NCBI GenBank assembly: GCA_963785725.1
Contig: CAWAWS010000039.1
Location: 256,001 to 320,000, forward strand
Direction: 5' to 3'
DNA length: 64,000 nt
DNA from: an uncultured delta proteobacterium
GTDB lineage: Bacteria; Myxococcota_A; Polyangia; Palsa-1104
The notes below the pieces were generated by a model. It was not told where the DNA came from. It did no database searches and was given only the letters and a program-made list of their open reading frames with translations. Every line of letters begins with the position of its first letter. Positions within the stretch are counted from its first letter, which is position 1. The position numbers were made by a program, and so were the translations under genes. Positions 23,484 to 33,038 of the stretch are shown one piece after another.

Positions 23484-24091
23484 CAACGACTCTCGCCGCA
23501 GCGACGCTCGATCAGATCGCAGACGATGTGGCCGATGGTGATGTGCAGCTCCTGGATGCGATCGGTCGTGAGGCCGGGCACGGTGAGCACGAGATCGGCC
23601 AGCTCGCCGAGCGCGTCCGCCTTCGGGCCTGTGAGCGCGATCACGTACAAGCCGCGTCCGCGGGCCATGCGCGCCGCTTGCAGCACATTGGGCGAGCGGC
23701 CGGACGTGGAGACGGCGAGCAGCACGTCCCCGGCGCGCCCGAGCGCTTCCACTTGACGCGCGAAGACTTGCTCGAAGCCGAAGTCGTTGGCGATGGCGGT
23801 CAGCGCGCTGGTGTCGGTCGTCAGCGAGATGGCCGCCAGCGCCTCGCGATTGGCGCGAAAGCGGCCGGTCAGCTCGGCGGCGATGTGCTGACAATCGGCT
23901 GCACTCCCGCCGTTGCCGCACAACAGCAGCTTGCCGCCGCCGAAGAGGGCGCTGGCGATGCGATCGGCGCAGTCGGCGATGGCCTCGGACATCGTCGCCG
24001 CCAGCTCTTGGCGCAGCGCGATCCCCTCTTGCAGCGCGGCGCGCACGTCGCGTACTGTGTCCAAAGTGGCGCCGCCGCGTCGCTCGCTCAT
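23483..24091 (-). CDS. gmhA: D-sedoheptulose-7-phosphate isomerase
   Basis: CGNGGSAADCQHIAAEL, STSGRSPN, IQELH. Confidence 0.95.
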   Translation of the reverse strand: MSERRGGATLDTVRDVRAALQEGIALRQELAATMSEAIADCADRIASALFGGGKLLLCGNGGSAADCQHIAAELTGRFRANREALAAISLTTDTSALTAIANDFGFEQVFARQVEALGRAGDVLLAVSTSGRSPNVLQAARMARGRGLYVIALTGPKADALGELADLVLTVPGLTTDRIQELHITIGHIVCDLIERRCGESR

Positions 24092-24144
24092 TCGTGCGTC
24101 AAGCTAGCACAGGCAAGAATCCGCTCACAAGGCGCGCCCGCGAC

Positions 24145-25389
24145 GTGCACGACCGTCCCGTCGTCGTCGTGGTGAGCCACTTCGTGCCCGTGCCGCCGAG
24201 CGCCGGCAACGAGAAGCGGCTGTTTCATCTGCTGCGCTGGTTGAACGCGCGTGGCTTCGACGTCGTGCTCGTCGTCAACGCGCTGCATCTGCGGCTGACG
24301 CCGGAGCGGATTCGTCAGCTGCGCGGCGAGGTGCGCGCGCTCGAGCTCGTCGGCCAGCCGACGCCGCTGACGACGCGCTTGCCGTGGCCGGCGCGGCAGC
24401 TGTTGTCGCGCGCGCACGGCCTGGTCTCGTTCGCGTCGCAGGCGCGCTCGCGCTTGCAGCGGCCGCGCACGCGGCTCGAGCAGATCGAGGAAGACTTCTG
24501 CCCGCCGCCGCTGTTGCGCGCGCTCGACGTCATCGTGCGGCGCTGGCAGCCGCAGGTGATGCTGGCCGAGTACGTGTTCATGACGCGCTGTTTTCGCGCC
24601 GCGCCGCCGGGTGTGCTCAAGGTCATCGACACCCACGATCTGTTCTCCACGCGGCACGACAACGTGGTCGCGCACGGCATCGAAGATCGCCTCGTCATCT
24701 CGCGCGCCGACGAGACGCGCCTGTTGCGGCGCGCCGACTTGGTGGTCGTCATTCAAGATCACGAGCGGCGACAGGTGGAGGCGATGGCGCCCGGGCTCGC
24801 CGTCGTCACGGCCGGCTTCGACGCCGACCTCGCGCCGCGCCAGACCAGCCGCCGCGTCTCCGGTCGCGTCCTGCTCGTCGGCTCCGACAACGCGGTCAAC
24901 AGCCGCGGCCTGCACGACTTCTTGGCGCGCGCGTGGCCGGCCGTGCGCGCCGCGCAGCCGCAGGCGACGCTGCATGTCGCCGGCGGGCTCGGCCGTCATC
25001 GCATCGACGTGCCCGGCGTCGCCTGGCTCGGCATCGTGCCCGACTTGACGGCCGAATATGCCGCCTGCGAGCTCGTCATCAACCCGTCGATCGCCGGCAG
25101 CGGGCTCAAGATCAAGTCGGTGGAAGCGTTGGCGCAGCGGCGTCCGCTCGTCGCCTGGCCCAACGGCGTGGCCGGCCTGGAAGATCCGGCGCCGCCGTAT
25201 CTCGTGGCGACCGACTGGGACGACTTCGCGGCGCAGGTCATCGCGCTCATCGGCGACGTCAGCTTGCGCGTCATGCTCGAGCGCCGCTTCGACGCCTACT
25301 TGGAGCGCTTCACGCCGGCGCGGGTCTACGGCGAGCTCGGCCGCGCGCTCGACGAGTGGCTCGACCGCGAAGCGTCATCCGAGAAGTAG
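24145..25389 (+). CDS. GT4-like glycosyltransferase
   Basis: VIDTHD and INPSIAGSGLKIKSVEAL GT-B motifs; start may be 24094. Confidence 0.85.
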   Translation: MHDRPVVVVVSHFVPVPPSAGNEKRLFHLLRWLNARGFDVVLVVNALHLRLTPERIRQLRGEVRALELVGQPTPLTTRLPWPARQLLSRAHGLVSFASQARSRLQRPRTRLEQIEEDFCPPPLLRALDVIVRRWQPQVMLAEYVFMTRCFRAAPPGVLKVIDTHDLFSTRHDNVVAHGIEDRLVISRADETRLLRRADLVVVIQDHERRQVEAMAPGLAVVTAGFDADLAPRQTSRRVSGRVLLVGSDNAVNSRGLHDFLARAWPAVRAAQPQATLHVAGGLGRHRIDVPGVAWLGIVPDLTAEYAACELVINPSIAGSGLKIKSVEALAQRRPLVAWPNGVAGLEDPAPPYLVATDWDDFAAQVIALIGDVSLRVMLERRFDAYLERFTPARVYGELGRALDEWLDREASSEK

Positions 25390-25396
25390 CCGGTCG

Positions 25397-26458
25397 TTAC
25401 TCGACGGCGTCGCGAACGGCCTCGAGCCAGCCGCGACCGAAGCGACGGTCGGGCTCCAAGTGGTTGCCTTCGGCCCACTCGTTCCACGACTTGACGAACA
25501 CGAGCCGCTGGTCGGCCGGTCGCGACTGCACCGACTCGACGGCGCGTCGCATCAGCGGCGCGAACGTCGCCGGCGTCGCGCCGTGAAAGACGAAGCCGCG
25601 CTGGCCCGAGCGCGGCGTGTTGTCCCAATTGGGCACGACGCACGGATGGTTGGCGAAGGGCAGCTCGCGCAGCGGCAGACCGCGCTCGTGGAACTCGTCG
25701 GGCAAATAGACGTCGGGCCAGCCCAAGTGCCGCTTGCCGAAGCGCGCCAGCCGTGACGGCTTGTGCGTCTCCTGTACGCGAATGAGCGTCGCGCCCGGCT
25801 CGCACAAGATCGAGGCGTCGAAGCCGTGCTCGCTCGGCACCCAATTTTCGGCGGCGATGCCGACGAGATGAATGCCGGGCAGCCCATGCTCGACGGCGAG
25901 CGCGCGAAAATGCGCCGTAATCCGCTGCGCGTCCGGCAGATCTTCGGGGCGATAGATGACGAACAGCGGCTTGCCGTCGACGCGCACATAGCGCGGATCG
26001 GAGAACGCCTGCATGAGCAGCGCAAAATGCTGCCGCTCGTTTTCGGGACCGGGATAGGTCTGCTCGACGAGCACGTCATTCGCGCGGCCGTGCCAGATGC
26101 CGGTCCACGTCTGATTGGCCCACGCCAGGCAGAACGGAAAATCGGGCTTACGCGCGGCCAACACTTCGTCGAACGGCCGCTCCAACAAGCGACGACCGCC
26201 GAACCAGTAGTGCCAGTAGCAGAACGCCTCGACGCCATATTGGCGCGCCAACGCCGCCTGCGCGATGCGCGACTCCTCGAGCCGCAGATCGTAGAAGCCG
26301 AGCTCCGACGGCAGACGTGGCTGCTGGTGACCGGGATAGAGCGCGCTCGCTTTGGTGACGTTGGTCCACTCGGTAAATCCCGGCTCCCACCACTCGTCGT
26401 TCTCGGCGATGGGATGGAACTGCGGCAAATAAAAGGCGATGACGCGGGCGCGTTTCAC
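25397..26458 (-). CDS. WbsX / GH99-like domain protein
   Basis: IAFYLPQFHPIAENDEWW..GFTEWTNV, FCLAWANQTW, PNWDNTPR, KSWNEWAEG. Confidence 0.92.
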   Translation of the reverse strand: MKRARVIAFYLPQFHPIAENDEWWEPGFTEWTNVTKASALYPGHQQPRLPSELGFYDLRLEESRIAQAALARQYGVEAFCYWHYWFGGRRLLERPFDEVLAARKPDFPFCLAWANQTWTGIWHGRANDVLVEQTYPGPENERQHFALLMQAFSDPRYVRVDGKPLFVIYRPEDLPDAQRITAHFRALAVEHGLPGIHLVGIAAENWVPSEHGFDASILCEPGATLIRVQETHKPSRLARFGKRHLGWPDVYLPDEFHERGLPLRELPFANHPCVVPNWDNTPRSGQRGFVFHGATPATFAPLMRRAVESVQSRPADQRLVFVKSWNEWAEGNHLEPDRRFGRGWLEAVRDAVE

Positions 26459-28812
26459 GATTGCGGCTCCCGATTCCAGCGCGCGGCGATGCGGATGCGG
26501 GCGTGCGCTTCGCCTTCGGGATAGGTGACTCTGAACGGCGTCAGCCCCGCGCGCACGAGCAGCTCGGTGATGTGATTCGAACGATACATGTACGGATGCT
26601 CCAACGGCTTGACGTCTTCGTGATCGATGCCGTGATCGGTGAACGCCTGCGAGTCGGTGCGAAAGGTCTCGAGCAGCAGCACCGCGTCGTCGGCGACGAA
26701 GGGCAAGAGCGCGCGCAAGTAGGCCACCGGATCGTAGAGATGCTCGAAGACGTCGAACATCGAGACGAGGGAAAAGCGCGGGGCGCTCGTGAGCGCTTGC
26801 AGCGACGTATAGACCGGCACGCCCGATAAGACCGACGTCTTCTGCGCCAGCGTCGCGTCGAGCTCGAGGCCGGCGCTGGCGAAGCCGTGCTCGCGCAGCC
26901 GGCGCGGCAAAGTGCCGAGCGCGCAGCCGATGTCGAGGACGGCGCTGCCGGCGGGCGCGATGGCGGCGACGTCGTCGACGCGCTCGGCGGCGGCGAAGTA
27001 GTCGTAGCGATAGCGCTCGACGTGCGGCGGATAGCCGTGCAGCCGCATGAAGTCGGTCCAGTAGGTCTCGCGATAGAGCTTGGGTAGATCGGCTTCGGTG
27101 ATGCGGCGGCGGACGAACCACAAGCCGCAGCTGTCGCAGGCGGCGATGGGCAGGCGAAAGCGCTCGCCGACGGCCGCGTGCGCGGCGGCGCCGCAGAGCG
27201 GGCAGGCCGTCAGCTCTTCGAACGTGACCTCGGCGAAGAGCGCGTCGAGGAAGCGATCGCGATCGGCCTCCGGCATCGGCGTGCCCGACGGAAAGGCGCG
27301 CAGCGCCGGCGCGTCGGCGTTGCCGACGGCGGCGTCGGCGGCGAGGTCGCGCAGCGCGGCGACGATCGTGTCGTCGTCGGCGTGGGCGTGGCAGACGTTG
27401 CCGCCGTCGAGCGCACACAGCGTCTGGTCGACGCAGGGTACGCACGGCAGCGGCTTGTGCAGCAGCCGATAGCGCGGCGACTCGACGCCGCAGGCGTGCG
27501 CCGGCAAGGTCGAGCCGAACAGCTGCACCGTCGGGATGCCGAGCACCTGCGCGCAGTGCGCCGGGAACGAGTCGGTGCCGAGCAGCGCCACCGCCGAGCC
27601 GACGAGCACGCGAAAGCTGGCCAGATCGGTGTACGGCAGCGCCGGCACATCGGGGCAGGACGGCTCGGGCTTGCCGAGGATCACCGGCGCGAAACCGGCC
27701 GCTTGCAGCTTGCGCAACAGCGGTCCGCGCCGCGCCGTCGGCAGCTCCTTCAGCTTCCAGCCGCCTTCGAAGTGCACGACGATACGGCTGGGGATCGGCG
27801 CCAGCGTTCCCCATTCGCCTGCCGGCGGCAGCGCCGGCGGTTGGCGCGGGCCGTGACCGGGGCCGCCGAGCGCGAACGCCATCGACTCGCGCAAGTGATG
27901 ATGCGGCGGGCGATAGTCGCGAAACGGACGATAGAGGTGCCAGAAGCGCGGCTCGGGATCGGCGAGCGCCAGCACGCAGCTCCACAGGTGCGCGTGCTCG
28001 TCGCGGATGTCGACGCCGGGGCGATAGGGCGTCGGCAGCGTCGCCGTCCAGGTCGCGATGTCGGGCCGCGCCCAGCGCGCGATGTCGGCGTACGGCGCCA
28101 GCGTCACGAACGCGCTCACGCCCGAGTCGACGAGGCCGAGCGCCTGCGACCAGAAGAGCACGTCGCCGGCGTGATAGCCGATGACGGCGATGCGCTCGCC
28201 GTGCAAGCGGTCGGCGCGTTCGAGCGGGCGCGCTTCGAGCCGCTCGGCGGCGCGGATCGTCGCGTGGGCCAGCGCCGGGCTGAGCGGCCAGTAGCCGTTC
28301 GCCGCCGGCGCCACGTCCGACGGCCAACGCAGCGGCACGTCGACGCGCACGCCGGCACCGAACGACGCGCGCAGGAGGCGCTCGTCGACGGCGGCGTCGA
28401 ACGTGGTCAAGAGGCCAAAATGCTGCGCCGGCGCGTCATCGGCGACGTCGGCGCTGAACGCGTACGCCAGCGGCAGCGCCGTCTTGTCGTCGGCGAAGAG
28501 CACGAACCCGCGCGCCTCGTCGACCGGCATGCAGTAGCTGCGCACGATGAGCTCGTCGACCAGGTGCGGCGCCAGCGTCACGTATGGATTGCACACGAGA
28601 TAGCGGCGCGCCTCCGCCTGATCGCGACGCAGCCGGCGCAGCATCTCGCCGACGTAACGGCCCGGCGACGCGAAGCAGGATTCGAGCATCGCCGTGCCGT
28701 CGAGCGCGACATGGGGATCGCGCGCCAACGAAAAGCGCGTCATCGTCGCCGCGCGCAGCCAGCTCGGGATCGCCGGCGACGCGTCGGCCAGAAGGGCCGC
28801 GGCCAGCCTCAT
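26455..28812 (-). CDS. Fusion of GT9 (heptosyltransferase-like) domain and Zn-ribbon class I SAM methyltransferase
   Basis: HAGDVL, GTDSFPAH..LGIPTVQLFG, CVPC (GT9); CPLC..CDSC, LDIGCALG, FDVFEHL (methyltransferase). Confidence 0.75.
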   Translation of the reverse strand: MRLAAALLADASPAIPSWLRAATMTRFSLARDPHVALDGTAMLESCFASPGRYVGEMLRRLRRDQAEARRYLVCNPYVTLAPHLVDELIVRSYCMPVDEARGFVLFADDKTALPLAYAFSADVADDAPAQHFGLLTTFDAAVDERLLRASFGAGVRVDVPLRWPSDVAPAANGYWPLSPALAHATIRAAERLEARPLERADRLHGERIAVIGYHAGDVLFWSQALGLVDSGVSAFVTLAPYADIARWARPDIATWTATLPTPYRPGVDIRDEHAHLWSCVLALADPEPRFWHLYRPFRDYRPPHHHLRESMAFALGGPGHGPRQPPALPPAGEWGTLAPIPSRIVVHFEGGWKLKELPTARRGPLLRKLQAAGFAPVILGKPEPSCPDVPALPYTDLASFRVLVGSAVALLGTDSFPAHCAQVLGIPTVQLFGSTLPAHACGVESPRYRLLHKPLPCVPCVDQTLCALDGGNVCHAHADDDTIVAALRDLAADAAVGNADAPALRAFPSGTPMPEADRDRFLDALFAEVTFEELTACPLCGAAAHAAVGERFRLPIAACDSCGLWFVRRRITEADLPKLYRETYWTDFMRLHGYPPHVERYRYDYFAAAERVDDVAAIAPAGSAVLDIGCALGTLPRRLREHGFASAGLELDATLAQKTSVLSGVPVYTSLQALTSAPRFSLVSMFDVFEHLYDPVAYLRALLPFVADDAVLLLETFRTDSQAFTDHGIDHEDVKPLEHPYMYRSNHITELLVRAGLTPFRVTYPEGEAHARIRIAARWNREPQS

Positions 28813-29717
28813 TTTTCGGCGTGCCGCAGCACCAACAAGAGCTCGGCTCGGCTCGGCTCGGGCGCGCGGGCCACGATCGCGTTCAGCGCCAGCGCCGCCA
28901 CGCGCAACAGCGAATTGAGCTGCGCGCGACCCCAGCGCCAGCGCGAATGCGACCAGCCGCCGTCGCTGCGTTCGAAGAGCGTGTGCAGCTTGACGTCGGC
29001 CAGCGTGCTCGCGTCCCAGCGCTCGAAGTAGTGCTCGCCGACGACTTGCAAGCCGTGCCGCTCGACCAGCGCGCGCAATCCCGTCGCCGTGAAGTGATGG
29101 ATGTGCACGTAGGGCGGCTGGCTCCAGACCCAGCGCGTGCCCATCGCTTCGTAGCCGAGCGACCCGGCGTTGGGCACGGCCAAGAGCAGCGTGCCGTCGT
29201 GCGCCAACTTTCCGCGCAGCTGCTCGAGGAGCTCACCCGGCTCGCGCGCGTGCTCGAGCATGTGATGGCCGACGATCGTGTCGAAGCGATCGAGCGTCGT
29301 CTGTCCTTTGGCCTTGTCGGCGCCGTTGTAAACGGGATCGCGCGTCTCGGCGTCGTAGCCGCACAAGCGCAGCACGCGCGAGAAGTAGCCGAGGCCGCCG
29401 CCGAAGTCGAGGATGCGCCCGCCGAGCAGGCCGAGCCGGCGATACTGGAGCACGCGCTGCAGTGAATCGAGGAGCTTGACCGGGTAGTGATCGCGATACC
29501 AGCCGAAGTTGAACTCGGCGCCGTAGAGCTCATCGAGCAGCGGCTGTGACGGCAGCGGATCGGTGAACATGCCGCCGCAGGCGCGACAGCGAACGAGCGT
29601 GTGCTCCTGTCCGGCGCGCTGCCAGCGCTGCTCGGGCGCAGCGTCGGTGAGCGCCTGCGCGCCGCAGTGATGGCACGAGGCCTTGGCGACCGCTTGCATC
29701 GCGGAATCGGTTAGCAT
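28809..29717 (-). CDS. Class I SAM-dependent methyltransferase with Zn ribbon
   Basis: CHHC..CRAC, ILDFGGGLG, HMLEH, LAVPN. Confidence 0.85.
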   Translation of the reverse strand: MLTDSAMQAVAKASCHHCGAQALTDAAPEQRWQRAGQEHTLVRCRACGGMFTDPLPSQPLLDELYGAEFNFGWYRDHYPVKLLDSLQRVLQYRRLGLLGGRILDFGGGLGYFSRVLRLCGYDAETRDPVYNGADKAKGQTTLDRFDTIVGHHMLEHAREPGELLEQLRGKLAHDGTLLLAVPNAGSLGYEAMGTRWVWSQPPYVHIHHFTATGLRALVERHGLQVVGEHYFERWDASTLADVKLHTLFERSDGGWSHSRWRWGRAQLNSLLRVAALALNAIVARAPEPSRAELLLVLRHAEK

Positions 29718-29728
29718 GGTTGTCTCAC

Positions 29729-30235
29729 ATGGTCCAGGCGAAGCGGCGCGCCGCATTCCTCGATCGCGACGGCACGATCAACCGCGAGGTCGGCTTCGTC
29801 ACGACGCCCGATCAGCTGCTGCTCGAGCCGGGCGCGGCCGGTGCCATTCGTCGCCTGAACGACGCCGGCGTGCTGGCGATCGTCATCACCAATCAGTCGG
29901 CGATCGCGCGCCGGCTCATCGACGACGCGATGTTGGCGCGCATTCACGAGCGGCTGGCGGCGACCCTGGCGGCCGAAGCCGGCGCGCGTCTGGATGCCTT
30001 CTATATTTGTCCGCACCATCCCGACGTCGCGCCCTGTGATTGCCGCAAGCCGCTGCCCGGCCTCATCGAGCGCGCCGTGCGCGAGCACGACATCGATCGC
30101 GCGCGGTCGGTGCTGTTCGGCGACATGCCGCGCGATCTGGAAGCGGCGCGCGCGGCCGGCGTCGCCGCCGTGCAAGTGGGCGCGACGCACCCGCTGGCGC
30201 GCGCCGTCGACGACTGGCTCGCTCACGTCGACTGA
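29729..30235 (+). CDS. gmhB: D-glycero-D-manno-heptose-1,7-bisphosphate phosphatase
   Basis: FLDRDGTIN, TNQS, CPHHP..CDCRKP.PG, FGD...D. Confidence 0.92.
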   Translation: MVQAKRRAAFLDRDGTINREVGFVTTPDQLLLEPGAAGAIRRLNDAGVLAIVITNQSAIARRLIDDAMLARIHERLAATLAAEAGARLDAFYICPHHPDVAPCDCRKPLPGLIERAVREHDIDRARSVLFGDMPRDLEAARAAGVAAVQVGATHPLARAVDDWLAHVD

Positions 30236-31407
30236 AGGCGTCGCCGTGACGCCGCCGGCGTGCGCTGCCCGTCGACGACGGCACGAATCGCGCGCAAGTA
30301 GCCGTCGCCGTCGCGCGCGTCGGGCTCGAGGTGCGCGCCCTCGGCCCACTCGTTCCAGGCGTTGACGAAGACGATGCGCGCGTCGGGGCGACTCTGCTCG
30401 GCCACCTTGTCGCAGAGCTGGCTCAGCCAGTGCTGGAAGCGATCGGGCCGCGCGCCTTGGTAGATCGTCGCCCGCGCGCCGTAACGAGCGGTGTTGTCCC
30501 AGTCGACGAAGGCGCCTTCGAACGTCGTCAGCGCGCGATCGACCGGCTGCGCGATGATCTCGCGCCACACGCGCTCGTAGTCGATCCGCTTGGGCCCATT
30601 GGCGCGACTGTCGGCGTGATCGATGAGCGACTGCAGGCGCACGGCGATAGGCCGCGGAATCGCCGCGCGCAGCTGCGCGAAGTGGCGCTTGTAGAACGGC
30701 GGATTGGCCTCGTTCAGCGCCTGCGTGGCGACGAACGGCTGAAAGCGAAAGAGCGCATCGAAGTGGCGCAGCGTGTCCCACGGCAGCGGCGCCCACTGCT
30801 GCACGGCGATGAAGTAGAGCCCGTCGAGGCCGTGCGCCCGCGCCCGCGTCTGCCAGTAGTCGAACATCTCGCCCGGCCGCTCGATCTTGTCGGGGCGATA
30901 GATCATGAAGATCGGCTTGCCGTCGACCTTCAGCGCGCGCGGATCGCTCCACGCGCGAATGAGATAGTCGAAGTGCCGACCCCACGCCGCTTTGGTCGGC
31001 GGATGCGTCTGCAGCTGCAGGACGTGGTGCTCTTGACCATCCCAGCGCCGCGACCACGTCTCGTTCGCCCACGACAAGCAGAACTCGAGATCCAAGTCCT
31101 TCATGTCGAGGAAGGCGTTGGTCGGCTTCTCCAGCAGCTGCTTGCCGTCGAACCAGTAGTGGTAGTGGCAGAAGGCGCTGAGGCCGTATTCCTTGGCCTG
31201 CGCCACTTGGCGGCGGATCGTCTCCGGCCGGCTCTGATCGTAGTGCCCGTCCGTCGGAACGCGCGGCTGATGATGCCCGTCGTAGAGCGGCTTGGCCTTC
31301 TTGACGTTCGTCCAGTCGGTGAAGCCGGGACCCCACCAGCGGTCGTTCTCGGGGATCGCGTGCAGCTGCGGGAAGTAGATGGCGGCGATCTTGACCGGCG
31401 CGGTCAT
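30223..31407 (-). CDS. WbsX / GH99-like domain protein
   Basis: YFPQLHAIPENDRWWG.GFTDWTNV, WANETW, WDNTAR, NAWNEWAEG. Confidence 0.92.
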   Translation of the reverse strand: MTAPVKIAAIYFPQLHAIPENDRWWGPGFTDWTNVKKAKPLYDGHHQPRVPTDGHYDQSRPETIRRQVAQAKEYGLSAFCHYHYWFDGKQLLEKPTNAFLDMKDLDLEFCLSWANETWSRRWDGQEHHVLQLQTHPPTKAAWGRHFDYLIRAWSDPRALKVDGKPIFMIYRPDKIERPGEMFDYWQTRARAHGLDGLYFIAVQQWAPLPWDTLRHFDALFRFQPFVATQALNEANPPFYKRHFAQLRAAIPRPIAVRLQSLIDHADSRANGPKRIDYERVWREIIAQPVDRALTTFEGAFVDWDNTARYGARATIYQGARPDRFQHWLSQLCDKVAEQSRPDARIVFVNAWNEWAEGAHLEPDARDGDGYLRAIRAVVDGQRTPAASRRRLQST

Positions 31408-32183
31408 TCGGCCCTCGCGTATTCCGCGAGGACCTCGGACGCCGGGCCGTCGGCCACCAACGCGCCGCCGCGCAGCCACAGCGCGCGCCGGCAGAGCTTT
31501 CGCACCAGATCGGAGTCGTGCGAGACGAAGAGGATGGTCGTGCCGCCGTCGCGCAGCTGCTCGATGCGCGCCGAGCACTTGAGCTGGAAGGTGTGATCCC
31601 CGACGGCCAACACTTCGTCGACGAGCAGGAGGTCGGGATCGGTGTGCACCGCGACCGAGAAGCCGAGCCGCGCCAGCATGCCCGACGAGTAGTAGCGCAC
31701 CGGCGTCGAGATGAAGTCGGCCAGCTCGGCGAAGGCGATGATGTCGTCGAGGCGATCGATGATCTCTTGCCGCGACAGTCCGAGCGCCGTGGCGTTGATC
31801 TCGATGCACTCGCGGCCGGTCATGTCCGGCTGAAAGCCGGCGCCGAGCGACAACAAGGGCGCGATGCGGCCGCGCACGGCCACGCGGCCTTCGGTCGGAT
31901 AGGCCGCGCCGGCGATGATGCGCAAGAGCGTCGACTTGCCCGAGCCGTTCTGCCCGACGATGCCCAGCGTCTCGCCGCGGTGAATGTCGAAGCTGACATG
32001 ACGCAGCGGCCACAGCTCTTGGCTCGGCGCCGCGCCCCGGCCGAGCAGCCGCAGCATCGCGTTGCGCAAGAGAAACGGCTGATGCTCGAAGCGCCGGAAC
32101 GCCTTGCCGACATCGTGCACGCGCACGATGAGCTCGGTCGGTTGCGGTCGCAGCAGCACGGGCGTCATGGCTCGACTAAACAT
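31404..32183 (-). CDS. wzt: Polysaccharide ABC exporter ATP-binding subunit
   Basis: GQNGSGKST, YSSGMLARLGFS, VDEVLAVGD. Confidence 0.93.
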   Translation of the reverse strand: MFSRAMTPVLLRPQPTELIVRVHDVGKAFRRFEHQPFLLRNAMLRLLGRGAAPSQELWPLRHVSFDIHRGETLGIVGQNGSGKSTLLRIIAGAAYPTEGRVAVRGRIAPLLSLGAGFQPDMTGRECIEINATALGLSRQEIIDRLDDIIAFAELADFISTPVRYYSSGMLARLGFSVAVHTDPDLLLVDEVLAVGDHTFQLKCSARIEQLRDGGTTILFVSHDSDLVRKLCRRALWLRGGALVADGPASEVLAEYARAE

Positions 32184-33027
32184 AATCGAGCACCATGCGT
32201 TCGTAGTGACGAAAGATCGCCCAACCGACCGCGAGAATAATCGCCGTCGGCACGGTCATGCCGATCCAGGTGAGCCGGTCGGGCGTCACGCCGTCCATCA
32301 CGCAGCCGCGCAGCGCGATCAAGATGGCCGCGAACGGGTTGAGATGCAGCATCTTGGCGTAAGGCTCGGGGACGATCGAGATGGGATAGATGATCGGCGT
32401 CAGCCAATAGAGCAGCATCAGCGTGGTCGACACGAGGTAGGCGACGTCGCGGTAAATGACGTTGAGGACGCTCGTCATGAGCGCGATGCCCGCCAAGAGC
32501 GCCACCAGCAAGGCCAGGACGATCGGCACCAGCAGCAGCGCCGGCGTCAGCGCGAACGCGTGCGGGAAGATGGGCACGAACAGGAGCACGAGCCCGCATT
32601 CCATCGCGAAGTTCACGCCATAGCTGAGCAGCGACGCCATCGGCAAGAGATGGCGCGCGAAGACCGTGCGCTTGACGACGTCGGCGTTGCTGACGAAGGC
32701 CTGCGTCGAGGCGTTGATGGCGTTCGAGACCCACTGCCAGAAGACGACGCCGATCAGCATGAAGACCGGAAAATTCGCCGTCGCCGAGTGAAAAACGCGC
32801 GTGAAGATGAGGCTCAAGATGAGCATCTGCACGAGCGGGTTGAGCAAGGACCAGATGATGCCGAGCGCCTGCGCGCGATAGCGGGCGCGGAATTCGTTGC
32901 GCGTCAGCACCGCCAGCACGTGTGACCAGCGTGACGGGGGCGCGTCAGCGCGGCTGTCGCCGTCTAAATTACCGTACGACAAGCCGCTCGGGCGGCGATG
33001 AACCCAGACATCTGGCAGAGCGCGCAT
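32176..33027 (-). CDS. wzm: Polysaccharide ABC exporter permease
   Basis: RYRAQALGIIWSLLNPL, YRDV, TPIIYP, LNP motifs. Confidence 0.92.
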   Translation of the reverse strand: MRALPDVWVHRRPSGLSYGNLDGDSRADAPPSRWSHVLAVLTRNEFRARYRAQALGIIWSLLNPLVQMLILSLIFTRVFHSATANFPVFMLIGVVFWQWVSNAINASTQAFVSNADVVKRTVFARHLLPMASLLSYGVNFAMECGLVLLFVPIFPHAFALTPALLLVPIVLALLVALLAGIALMTSVLNVIYRDVAYLVSTTLMLLYWLTPIIYPISIVPEPYAKMLHLNPFAAILIALRGCVMDGVTPDRLTWIGMTVPTAIILAVGWAIFRHYERMVLDYV

Positions 33028-33038
33028 GCTGCAGCTTG

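Noticed and set aside
25397..28327. 976-aa WbsX fusion ORF
   Set aside because: N-terminal ~620 aa are an off-frame Arg/Ala-rich reading of the GT9-methyltransferase gene; the real start is near 26458
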